Below, piece after piece: positions 17,621 through 24,760 of a stretch of 43,929 nucleotides of DNA. This DNA is from Gemmatimonadota bacterium. Lineage in GTDB: Bacteria; Gemmatimonadota; Gemmatimonadetes; Gemmatimonadales; GWC2-71-9. The stretch's first letter is position 1; every line of letters starts with the position of its first letter. Position numbers and translations under genes: made by a program. The stretch lies in NCBI GenBank assembly GCA_039588935.1, contig JBDGYW010000002.1, positions 2,786-46,714 on the forward strand, read 5' to 3'. The notes under the pieces were generated by a model that had not been told where the DNA came from, did no database searches, and saw only the letters and a list, made by a program, of their open reading frames with translations.

Positions 17621-17937
17621 CACGGGGTCCAATACGCAATGGTGACCACCACATCGGCGGTATTGGCATCCATCTCAATCTTGAGTCCATCCATCTGGAA
17701 CCCAAACGGAAGAACCACAGAGTCGTCGGCAGGCACGTAAAGGTAGCCACGAATAGTGTCATCTGTGTCCAGGATGTTGATGTACTGAGCCGCCACATTG
17801 TCGTTGGAGAGGACCATCCAGGCCACCTTCATGACGTGAGCGGTATCGCCGAACTCAATGTTGGCCACGTCCCGGTCTGAGCCGAGGTCATCACTCCACA
17901 GGCCGCGGGGGAACTCGCTGAAGTCGTCGTAGGCCAT
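17620..17937 (-). CDS. Small paralog A (type 1; 105 aa)
   Basis: MAYDDFSEFPRG...MKVAWM...VVLPFGFQMDGLKI. ATG 17937 is preferred over the extended track start (18036). Confidence 0.65.
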   Translation of the reverse strand: MAYDDFSEFPRGLWSDDLGSDRDVANIEFGDTAHVMKVAWMVLSNDNVAAQYINILDTDDTIRGYLYVPADDSVVLPFGFQMDGLKIEMDANTADVVVTIAYWTP

Positions 17938-17941
17938 CTCG

Positions 17942-18130
17942 TTACTTGCTCCCTGTGCTGGGCTTACCGCCAGTCGGCGCAAACTTCCGCCTCGTCCTCT
18001 TCTTTGCTTGTTGCCGAGGAGACGGCCCAGGATCAATCCCCAGCTGCTCCAGCTGCTTGCGGGTGCCTTGGTTCATGAGGCCGCGAATCTTCTTGGGTGT
18101 CTTGGGCCGGTACGCCTTCGGCTTCGGCAT
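17942..18130 (-). CDS. Very basic Lys/Arg/Pro-rich small protein (62 aa)
   Basis: MPKPKAYRPKTPKKIRG...KKRTRRKFAPTGGKPSTGSK. ATG 18130 with AAGGAG ~10 nt upstream. Confidence 0.55.
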   Translation of the reverse strand: MPKPKAYRPKTPKKIRGLMNQGTRKQLEQLGIDPGPSPRQQAKKRTRRKFAPTGGKPSTGSK

Positions 18131-18162
18131 AGCCTTGGTTCTCCTTGGTGAGTTGAGGTTAG

Positions 18163-18543
18163 CTACCTCCTACTCCTCGGCAGCTTGGGTGCGCCGGAGG
18201 GCGGGCGCTGGTTCCGGTTCGGAGCACGCTGGGCTCGCTGGGGCTGAGCTGATCGACGAGGACTGAGGAGTTGAGGCCCCGGAGCCGGAATCTTGGAGTT
18301 TGCCCTCAACGTCCGGCGTGCCCGGGCCTTCCCGCCCCGCTGGGCGACAGGTAGCCGGGGCGCCCCGGCGAGTCGGAGCTTACCGGTCGCACTAGGCTTG
18401 GCCGTAGGCCGGGCAGTTCCGGTAGGAGTTCGGGATTGGCGAGGGGGAGCGCCCGTTCGCGTTTTCGGCTTCGCAGGCCGCGATCTGCGGGCTGTGGCCG
18501 CCGTTTTGCGGGCGATTGCGCCGGTTCCAGCTTGATTCGGCAT
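18163..18543 (-). CDS. Very basic Arg/Pro/Ala/Thr-rich protein (126 aa); first gene of the leftward arm
   Basis: ATG 18543 with GGAG 6 nt upstream. Low complexity in GC-rich DNA means a chance ORF cannot be excluded. Confidence 0.4.
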   Translation of the reverse strand: MPNQAGTGAIARKTAATARRSRPAKPKTRTGAPPRQSRTPTGTARPTAKPSATGKLRLAGAPRLPVAQRGGKARARRTLRANSKIPAPGPQLLSPRRSAQPQRAQRAPNRNQRPPSGAPKLPRSRR

Positions 18544-18764
18544 TTTTGGCTCCAAATTAGGCAAAAGACGCGCTGAAAAGCGGCAGATTGCCAAGGTAAG
18601 TTGTTGAAAGTGTTGGTTTTCCCGGGGGAACGGTGGTTTTCGGGCCAAATTTCCACGGCCAATGTATTATTCAGACGCGCAGTGACATCCCCCCATAAGC
18701 CCCCGCCGCTAAGTGCCCGGAATTGCTCAGGTTAGCGTGGGTTTGTTAGACGCAGTGTCCGGAA

Positions 18765-18784
18765 AGTGTTCCAAACGGAACACT
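18765..18784. promoter_or_regulatory. Perfect palindrome AGTGTTCC-AAAC-GGAACACT
   Basis: It has 8-bp arms and a 4-nt spacer and lies in the divergent intergenic region. Confidence 0.5.
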
Positions 18785-18887
18785 AAGGGAAAACTCCGAT
18801 AGGCTGAGGGGTTACACACCCTAGCTGCACACTAGAGAGCGTAGTTGCGTGCGCCCTGCATACTAAGGCTGCACGGGGACAGTGGGG

Positions 18888-18950
18888 GCGTGACGTCCTG
18901 GTCACAGCGGCGTGACGTTTGGATCACGGCAGCGTGACGCCAGGATCACA
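18888..18950. promoter_or_regulatory. Three operator-like direct repeats phased at exactly 22 bp
   Basis: The units are gcgtgacgtcctggtcaca (18888), gcgtgacgtttggatcacg (18910) and gcgtgacgccaggatcaca (18932). Each contains the dyad GTGA-N8-TCAC. Confidence 0.6.
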
Positions 18951-19041
18951 CCCTCAATCGCCTCCGCTTGTAGGGCCTTGCCTGGTGAGCGGGAAGGGGA
19001 CAGTTGGTGCGGTCTGCGCGGTTGGCATGCGCATTGCACTT

Positions 19042-19065
19042 GCCACGAGCGCCGCCACGAGCGGC
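19042..19065. repeat. 12-bp tandem duplication (gccacgagcgcc / gccacgagcggc)
   Basis: Read directly from the sequence, 33 nt upstream of the first rightward start codon. Confidence 0.7.
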
Positions 19066-19097
19066 CCAAGGCGCAATCCAGCGCGGGGGAGGCCAGT

Positions 19098-19616
19098 ATG
19101 GCTAAGGGTGTAGTCACCTACACGGGATCAAGCTTCTACCACAGCATCACCGACGGTGAGGATCAGCAGGGCAAGCTTACCATGAGCGCGGCCAATGGGC
19201 AGCCGAACCGAGTGACGCTGCTTCAGGAAACGGCCATCGGTAACTTGTACCAGCACCTGTCGCTGAAGGATGCCAGGAAGCTGCGGGCGCAGCTGGGACG
19301 CGCGATTCGCGAATCTGAGGCGCGAGCCGCGGGAATCATATCGGCCGCATGCAAGCCCGTAGAGAAGCCCGCGGAAAAGCAGGAGAATTCGCTGGACCTC
19401 GACCGGGTACGCTTTGCCGACGCAGTCAACAAAAGCCGCCCCGACGAGAACTACGACGGCGAGCGGGCAAGTGAGGCGAAGGTGAAGGCAATGGATCACA
19501 GCATCGGGGAGCTGGACGCGGAAATGGAGCGGATCAAGCAGCAGCTGGGCAAGGGCGTCCACGTAGGCCTCAACAACTGCAACGACCCCTCATCGGACAT
19601 TTTCATCATCGGCTAG
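19098..19616 (+). CDS. Hypothetical early protein (172 aa)
   Basis: ATG 19098 lies 5 nt after GGGGGAGG. The track start at 18912 would read through the operator repeats and is rejected. Confidence 0.65.
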   Translation: MAKGVVTYTGSSFYHSITDGEDQQGKLTMSAANGQPNRVTLLQETAIGNLYQHLSLKDARKLRAQLGRAIRESEARAAGIISAACKPVEKPAEKQENSLDLDRVRFADAVNKSRPDENYDGERASEAKVKAMDHSIGELDAEMERIKQQLGKGVHVGLNNCNDPSSDIFIIG

Positions 19617-19627
19617 CTTCTAGCCGA
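19609..19627 (+). other. 8-bp hairpin/palindrome (TCGGCTAG-CTT-CTAGCCGA) overlapping the stop codon
   Basis: Perfect inverted repeat with no U tract after it. Confidence 0.35.
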
Positions 19628-19659
19628 TAACCGACAGGAACACCAACGGAGGTACCATC

Positions 19660-19797
19660 ATGGTACTCATCATCTGGACCACCACGAATCAGCGTGCGCT
19701 AATGAAGCGCGAAGAGGCCGATTTCCACTTCGGGGCCGAATGGGTAGAGGATGCCCTGGCCGGCTGCGTCGAGGGAGTCTGGGCGGAGAGGCAGTAG
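19660..19797 (+). CDS. Small protein (45 aa), below the track cutoff
   Basis: ATG 19660 lies 7 nt after GGAGG. The product is MVLIIWTTTNQRALMKREEADFHFGAEWVEDALAGCVEGVWAERQ. Confidence 0.5.
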   Translation: MVLIIWTTTNQRALMKREEADFHFGAEWVEDALAGCVEGVWAERQ

Positions 19798-19799
19798 CT

Positions 19800-19907
19800 A
19801 TGCCGCTCACCGAAGCTGAAGTGCTCGCTCAGATCTTCTGCATTCTCGGAATAGCCGTAGCCGGGTTTGCCATGATTCTCGTCGGCACTTGGGGGAGTCA
19901 CTGGTAG
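19800..19907 (+). CDS. Small single-pass membrane peptide (35 aa)
   Basis: ATG 19800 lies 2 nt after the previous stop. The product is MPLTEAEVLAQIFCILGIAVAGFAMILVGTWGSHW. Confidence 0.45.
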   Translation: MPLTEAEVLAQIFCILGIAVAGFAMILVGTWGSHW

Positions 19908-20016
19908 CTAGCACTCTCACCCCACCTTGGCGTCACTTTACCACGCGACAGGTGCGCGCCAAGACGGGTGGGTGTGGTACTCACCAAAACAGCCGATACA
20001 GGCAAAGGAGCATCGC

Positions 20017-20310
20017 ATGGTCAAGGCCAATACCGTCCCGAAGACCGAGAACGTCCCGACCGTCGAGGAGCAGCTGGCAGCCGCGAACGCCGAAAAGGCC
20101 GCACTCCAGGCTCAGCTGGATGCCGAGAAAGCGAAGCGCGTCCGAGAGGTGTACCTCAAGATCAGCGAGAAGGGGGGCCTCTCGATCTACGGCATCCGCA
20201 GGTTCCCGATCACCTTCTACGTCGAGGAGTGGATCCGCATCCTTGACATGGAACCCGAGATCCGCTCCTTCCTGGAAGCGCACCAAGACAAGCTGAGCAC
20301 CAAGAAGTAG
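20017..20310 (+). CDS. Hypothetical protein (97 aa)
   Basis: ATG 20017 lies 6 nt after AAGGAG. The track start at 19927 is rejected. A coiled-coil N-terminus is followed by KISEKGGLSIYGIRRFPITFY. Confidence 0.65.
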   Translation: MVKANTVPKTENVPTVEEQLAAANAEKAALQAQLDAEKAKRVREVYLKISEKGGLSIYGIRRFPITFYVEEWIRILDMEPEIRSFLEAHQDKLSTKK

Positions 20311-20433
20311 CAGCACGGTCACCGATTGGTGGTGTCAGTCGCCCTCCGCAGTGTGGAGTGGTAGTCCTGGCGGAGGGAACTGCGCCACCACCGGTAAGCG
20401 TGGTGCTTGCCAAAAGCAAAGGAGGCCAAGCAT

Positions 20434-20610
20434 ATGGCCAAGATGAGCCGCGCCAAGGCGATCCAGACGTTCTTCGACGACCCCAGCAACAACAGCAGCA
20501 AGCCGAAGATGGGCGAGCTGAAGGAGCTGCGCAGCGACAAGAAGGCCTACGACGAGATGGCCGAGATGTGCGCCACCGAGCTGGGGGTGGAGTTGGAGGA
20601 GCCGAAGTAG
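20434..20610 (+). CDS. Hypothetical small acidic/basic protein (58 aa)
   Basis: ATG 20434 lies ~9 nt after AAGGAGG. The track start at 20407 is a TTG without an SD. Confidence 0.55.
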   Translation: MAKMSRAKAIQTFFDDPSNNSSKPKMGELKELRSDKKAYDEMAEMCATELGVELEEPK

Positions 20611-20670
20611 CCAAAACACACCCCAACACCCTGAACATCAACAGAACCACCAAAGAGGAGGCATGTGAAA

Positions 20671-21696
20671 ATGCCCGCATTCGTAGACACAATGGCATAC
20701 GCTGGTCAGGTTCCCTGGCACGGCCTCGGAACGAAGCTCGCGGCCGATGCTGTCACCGACGAGATCCTTCCCGCCGCTGGGCTGGAGTGGCGGGTGAAAA
20801 AGGCCAAGGCCAGCTTTTTCAACGTCGTCACCGGAGAACGCGAGGAAGTAGACGACCGCTTCTTCCTGTGCAGAGATGATACGGGGGCCTTGCTCTCGAA
20901 AAATCTCGTCTCGCCAACCTACAAGGAGGTGCAGAACCGACAGCTGTTCGAGTTCGGTGATGCGCTCACCACAATAGGAGCGGCCCGCTGGCACACGGCT
21001 GGCAGCCTACACGGTGGCGGCCGAATTTGGGCCCTCGCCCAGGTGGCCGGCCAATTCGAGGTGCGGCCTGGGGACATCGTGTCGCCGTACATCCTGCTGT
21101 ACGATGCACGGGACAAATCATCCACGTTCCGGGCACGCTTCACCAGCGTCCGGGCAGTGTGCGCTAACACGTGTGCAATGGCACTCAGTGGGGACGCGGT
21201 GGAAATCGCCATCCCCCATCGTGGTGACCTGGAAGCCAGGCTGGAGCTGGCGCAGGAAACGCTGGGGCTCGCAAAAACGAGCTTCCAGGAGCAGACGGAG
21301 ATTATGGAGATGCTGGCCGCTGAAAGCTTCAGCGAGAAAGCAATGCAGATGTTCGTGATTCAGATGGCCACCGGGGAAGATGATGAGGAGGAGGCACTCG
21401 CCATTTTCCGAGGGATCAATGCCAAAGGTGGCCGGGCGCTCACGAATCTCAACCACTTCGGCGACGAGATGATGAAGCGATTCGAGGAGGATAAGGTAGT
21501 CGCCGGTGGGACCAAGTGGAACGCCTTCAACCGAATCACCGAGTTTGTCGATCACCAGCGTGGGCGCATGTCCAACTGGAAGCGAACAAATTCGAGGCTC
21601 ACAGGTGAGGGCCTCAATTCGGCGTGGTTTGGTGAGGGTGAGCGGAAGAAGAAGCGGGCGCTGAAGCTGCTGGTTGGTGGGGGGGTGAGTCACTGA
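20671..21696 (+). CDS. DUF932 (phage/plasmid-like protein, TIGR03299-type)
   Basis: The motifs VPWHGLGT...AGLEWRV...TYKEVQNRQLFEFGDAL...TAGSLHGGGRIWALA...ILLYDARDKSSTFRARFTSVRAVCANT match the DUF932 pattern. ATG 20671 lies 9 nt after GAGGAGG. Confidence 0.75.
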   Translation: MPAFVDTMAYAGQVPWHGLGTKLAADAVTDEILPAAGLEWRVKKAKASFFNVVTGEREEVDDRFFLCRDDTGALLSKNLVSPTYKEVQNRQLFEFGDALTTIGAARWHTAGSLHGGGRIWALAQVAGQFEVRPGDIVSPYILLYDARDKSSTFRARFTSVRAVCANTCAMALSGDAVEIAIPHRGDLEARLELAQETLGLAKTSFQEQTEIMEMLAAESFSEKAMQMFVIQMATGEDDEEEALAIFRGINAKGGRALTNLNHFGDEMMKRFEEDKVVAGGTKWNAFNRITEFVDHQRGRMSNWKRTNSRLTGEGLNSAWFGEGERKKKRALKLLVGGGVSH

Positions 21697-21917
21697 TGCC
21701 TGGATACCTCATTCTGCTCAAACGAACGACCGTGGAGAGCGCCGCCACCTATTGCGAAGCATCAACAAAGGAGGAAGCCGAACAAAAAGCCATTGCTAAG
21801 GCAGATGCGGCGAGTCTTATCTGGGAGCCAGAAAAACACTCAGCAGGGAGAGCACACGTTGCTATAATCGAACTGGTCGACCGAGCTGCTCATGACCGCG
21901 CAACCGATCGCCTGTAA
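21696..21917 (+). CDS. Hypothetical protein (73 aa)
   Basis: TGATG overlap with DUF932. Confidence 0.55.
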   Translation: MPGYLILLKRTTVESAATYCEASTKEEAEQKAIAKADAASLIWEPEKHSAGRAHVAIIELVDRAAHDRATDRL

Positions 21918-21935
21918 GCCGAGGAGGCAAACTCA

Positions 21936-22376
21936 ATGACCGAGAAAACCGCCACCACACCGACGGACCCCACCAAGGTTCTCGCTCGCGCCGGGAGCGG
22001 AGCCAGCTGTGATTTCTACAAAGTGGGGATGAAGACTTACTACAATGCTGGGGAACGAGACGATGCCTTTGATCGCCAAACCCGCGCCTACGAGGGAGGA
22101 ATCGCACCTCTTCCGATCGCCAAGCTGGATGCAGCCGGAAAGCCCGCGCTGCTGACGGAGGTGGTGGACGTATGCAAGCAATATCCCGATCAAGATGAAA
22201 TTGACGACGCCCAGGAAAAGCACGAAGCAGTGTTCGGCTTCCGGGCTTCAGACTTCCACCGAGGGAATATGGGCTACCGAGGCGACACCCTTGTGTTCAT
22301 TGATTTTGGGCGGCACGGGTACGAATACGCCGAGGAGGAGGGCTGGACGGCCAATTCACACCAAAAGCGCAGCTGA
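21936..22376 (+). CDS. Minimal protein-kinase-like protein (146 aa)
   Basis: It has a Gly-loop-like AGSGASCDFYKV. It also has SDFHRGN followed 12 residues later by IDFG, i.e. D-x4-N-x12-DFG spacing as in kinase catalytic cores. GAGGAGG lies upstream. Confidence 0.35.
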   Translation: MTEKTATTPTDPTKVLARAGSGASCDFYKVGMKTYYNAGERDDAFDRQTRAYEGGIAPLPIAKLDAAGKPALLTEVVDVCKQYPDQDEIDDAQEKHEAVFGFRASDFHRGNMGYRGDTLVFIDFGRHGYEYAEEEGWTANSHQKRS

Positions 22377-22480
22377 CACTGTACACCGTACTACTCGTAA
22401 AATGACAATAATGAGAACATAAAAGGAGCAAAACACACCCCATAATCACAAACCACAACCACCACACGACAGGAGCGCCG

Positions 22481-22639
22481 ATGGAAGAACTCTTGCGCCT
22501 GGCGAAGCAGGCTCTACCATTCATCCAACCTCGCCCGGACTACGCAGGACGAGCCGAAGGGAGCCTATCAGAACAAATCCGGGCAGCGATCATCCGAGAA
22601 GACTTGGAGGACGCTATCCGCAAAATTGAGGAGGAGTAA
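22481..22639 (+). CDS. Small protein (52 aa), below the track cutoff
   Basis: ATG 22481 lies 5 nt after AGGAG. The product is MEELLRLAKQALPFIQPRPDYAGRAEGSLSEQIRAAIIREDLEDAIRKIEEE. Confidence 0.5.
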   Translation: MEELLRLAKQALPFIQPRPDYAGRAEGSLSEQIRAAIIREDLEDAIRKIEEE

Positions 22640-22644
22640 CCACC

Positions 22645-23397
22645 ATGCCCAAATCACAGGTTGACCTCGCGGCCGAACCGGCAGGCGGGGTGAGTAGGCC
22701 GAGCAAACCGGCGTGTCTCGCCTACAGCTTGCCAAACTGGAGCTGCAAGCAAGGTGCCAAACTCGCCAAAGTGCGAGGAACCCCATGCCACGTCTGCTAC
22801 GCTGGAAATGGGTTCTACAACATGCCAGCTACACAAGCAGCGATGAAGCGGAGGCTGCGCGCGGTCCGAGATGCCGAAAATTTCCCAGGCCCGAGAGAAC
22901 GCTGGATCCACGGACTTGCCGACGCAATCAACATCCAGCAGGAGAACAGCAACCAGTACACACTACGAACCGGAAAAACACCAAAGCTGGACGGCCAGTT
23001 CTTTAGGTGGCACGACAGTGGGGATCTTCAGAGCTTGCAGCACCTGCTCATGATTTTTGAGGTGTGCAGACTGACGCCGGGGGTGAGGCATAAGCTGCCG
23101 ACGAAGGAAATTGCAACTGTGAAGTTGGCTGCACTTCTGGAAAGAGAACTACCGAGCAACCTCACCATCCTGCTGTCAGAATCCCTCATCGACCGCCCCA
23201 ACACAAACTATGAACAGGACATGGCAGAGAAATACGAGCGCATCACCCTTGCCACTGTCCACACCAAGAAAGCACCGCCCGGATACTTCCCGTGCCCGGT
23301 GGGATGGGTGAAGGACAAGAAGACGTGTGCGGGGTGCCGGCTTTGCTGGACTCCGTATCACGATTTTCTAGGTGTGAGCTTTAAGGAGCACCGATGA
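22645..23397 (+). CDS. Cys-rich protein, GP88-like (250 aa)
   Basis: There is an N-terminal C-x15-C-x2-CYAGNGFY and a C-terminal CP...C-x2-C-x2-CW. The central FFRWHDSGD resembles the phage GP88 family pattern as I recall it. Confidence 0.3.
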   Translation: MPKSQVDLAAEPAGGVSRPSKPACLAYSLPNWSCKQGAKLAKVRGTPCHVCYAGNGFYNMPATQAAMKRRLRAVRDAENFPGPRERWIHGLADAINIQQENSNQYTLRTGKTPKLDGQFFRWHDSGDLQSLQHLLMIFEVCRLTPGVRHKLPTKEIATVKLAALLERELPSNLTILLSESLIDRPNTNYEQDMAEKYERITLATVHTKKAPPGYFPCPVGWVKDKKTCAGCRLCWTPYHDFLGVSFKEHR

Positions 23398-23594
23398 TGT
23401 TAGAAACGTACTGGCTTTACCACGGAAAGCGTATTTTAACTGCTGTTCGTTTGCCGAAAGGATCAACGGACCACACCATCATCCAAAAAGCTCTCAATGA
23501 ACATGAAACGTGCCCAGGCTGTTTCGGACGAAGGCTGGAAGCCCCGTTTGAGTTCCGAAACTGTTTACACCGAGCAACAGTACGAACCTACTGA
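23394..23594 (+). CDS. Hypothetical protein (66 aa)
   Basis: ATG 23394 lies 6 nt after AAGGAG and overlaps the previous stop. The DNA has lower GC. Confidence 0.55.
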   Translation: MMLETYWLYHGKRILTAVRLPKGSTDHTIIQKALNEHETCPGCFGRRLEAPFEFRNCLHRATVRTY

Positions 23595-23618
23595 AACACC
23601 AACCAAGGAGAACAAACA

Positions 23619-24095
23619 ATGGCGATTAAAGGAACAATCGTAGACAACGGAACCCTGTTGTTGTTGTGCAGCTTCGCGGAAGAAGAAGCCAAAAGGTCGC
23701 GGCGCCGATCTTCCGATGGCGCCGAAAGCGGAAGGTGTGCTCGGTGTAGAGCATCAGGGGTTGTCCAAGATGCTATCCGGAGAATCAGATGTTCTATCAA
23801 CCCTCCCCAAGAACCCGCCGAGGAAACGCCCATCAGACCAGGATCTCTCCGCACAATCGGCGACGACTACACCAGTTGGAAACACCGGTACGCCGACTAT
23901 ACGTGGGAGGAAATGGGCGAAGGTTCCGTGGGAGGAGGCCGCCATGCAGTGTTGAAGTGGTTGGCGCGGCGTGGTCGAGTTAGCTTTGATGTTGACGTGA
24001 AGCGCGATGAGAATGGAAACATCGAAGTTCCCTATAACGTTACGCTAGCAGCACGCGAAGTGCTCCATGATAGCTACAACGGCGACTCCGTCTGA
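23619..24095 (+). CDS. Hypothetical protein (158 aa)
   Basis: ATG 23619 lies 8 nt after AAGGAG. It is the last gene of the early block, ending 8 nt from the convergent island gene. Confidence 0.6.
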   Translation: MAIKGTIVDNGTLLLLCSFAEEEAKRSRRRSSDGAESGRCARCRASGVVQDAIRRIRCSINPPQEPAEETPIRPGSLRTIGDDYTSWKHRYADYTWEEMGEGSVGGGRHAVLKWLARRGRVSFDVDVKRDENGNIEVPYNVTLAAREVLHDSYNGDSV

Positions 24096-24103
24096 GTCTC
24101 CAA

Positions 24104-24439
24104 CTACGAGGGCCGGCAGGCCCGCCTTGAGTCGTCCCGGGCTTGGAGGTAGAGCTTGTCGGCCCCGTTGGAGACTTGGAGGAGGACCGCACGTCCCGCG
24201 CTTTCCTTCGGCGTCTTGGCCGCCTGGCCGATGGCGAAGGTGGAAAGCTTGCGCGTGGCCTCCATCACCGAGAGGGCCTGATCACAGGTGTACTGGCCAG
24301 GCCGAGGAAGCTGACGCATGTTGAACGTGCGGTTCTTGTGCCGCTGAGAAGTGACGAGGACAGTATGGCCTTCCGGCCCACAGCGAATGAACGCAAAGGC
24401 TGCAATTATCAGCGTCAGGATTCCGAAGGATCGGAGCAC
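24104..24439 (-). CDS. Island gene 6: secreted/membrane-anchored protein (111 aa)
   Basis: GTG 24439 lies 8 nt after GAGGAA. The N-terminus MLRSFGILTLIIAAFAFIRC is signal-peptide-like. Confidence 0.5.
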   Translation of the reverse strand: MLRSFGILTLIIAAFAFIRCGPEGHTVLVTSQRHKNRTFNMRQLPRPGQYTCDQALSVMEATRKLSTFAIGQAAKTPKESAGRAVLLQVSNGADKLYLQARDDSRRACRPS

Positions 24440-24588
24440 TCGTTGAATTCCTCGTGTAGCTGCTCAAAGATTTCTCTTGCGTCCTCCCGTGGGAGGATGA
24501 TTTGGAGAGGACCGGCCCGCCGACGCTGTAGAACAGCCTTTGGCGGTAGGCTCAACACAACCGCACGATGGGGGTCAGGATTGAGCAA
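24415..24588 (-). CDS. Island gene 5: small acidic protein (~57 aa; start uncertain)
   Basis: TTG 24588 lies 6 nt after GGGAGG. The C-terminus is LPREDAREIFEQLHEEFNECSDPSES. The longer track version (to 24723) overlaps gene 4 and is rejected. Confidence 0.4.
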   Translation of the reverse strand: MLNPDPHRAVVLSLPPKAVLQRRRAGPLQIILPREDAREIFEQLHEEFNECSDPSES

Positions 24589-24760
24589 CCAGTGCCTCCC
24601 GCTTAGCCTCATGCACACGCTCCCGACATTCTGGACAGCATGGCACGAATTTGTTCCTTCTGTTGGGCAGCCGCACGAAGCTGTAGTCATCACCATCAAG
24701 CGGCCGAAGCTCAGGAGCCTCACACCCAGGCCACCCGCACATCACCAAGACCGTTGTCAC
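24575..24760 (-). CDS. Island gene 4: zinc-ribbon-like protein (61 aa)
   Basis: CGWPGC ... CCPEC cysteine pairs. It has a 4-nt overlap with gene 3. Confidence 0.5.
   Translation of the reverse strand: MTTVLVMCGWPGCEAPELRPLDGDDYSFVRLPNRRNKFVPCCPECRERVHEAKREALVAQS

Noticed and set aside
18293-18662. Alternative ORFs over the first leftward gene (18293..18535+, 18306..18662-)
   Set aside because: They have no SD and implausible sequences. The 18163..18543 frame has an SD and is co-oriented with the arm, although it remains low-confidence itself.
18912-19097. N-terminal extensions offered by the ORF track, e.g. 18912 for the 19098 gene. The same applies to 19927, 20407, 20665, 26846, 27399, 29258, 29611, 35571, 32260, 11734, 16247, 17218, 17632, 18036, 18648 and 38293.
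   Set aside because: The extended starts are mostly non-ATG codons without an SD. They often overlap the preceding gene or regulatory repeats. An internal ATG/TTG/GTG with an AAGGAG/GGAGG 5-10 nt upstream exists in each case.
20311-20433. Terminator call for the two hairpins in the 123-nt spacer (CCCTCCGC...GCGGAGGG at 20342-20377; CACCAC...GTGGTG at 20386-20405)
   Set aside because: The first has a 20-nt loop and neither is followed by a U tract. They may be RNA structures, but the evidence for termination is insufficient.
24096-24125. GGGCC-GGCA-GGCCC hairpin as a terminator between the convergent genes
   Set aside because: It lies inside the 3' coding end of the island gene 24104..24439. 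It is only 5 bp long and has no U tract.
24415-24723. Full-length 102-aa version of island gene 5
   Set aside because: Its first ~45 codons overlap the zinc-ribbon gene (24575..24760) in another frame. A TTG at 24588 with GGGAGG 6 nt upstream gives a non-conflicting gene.
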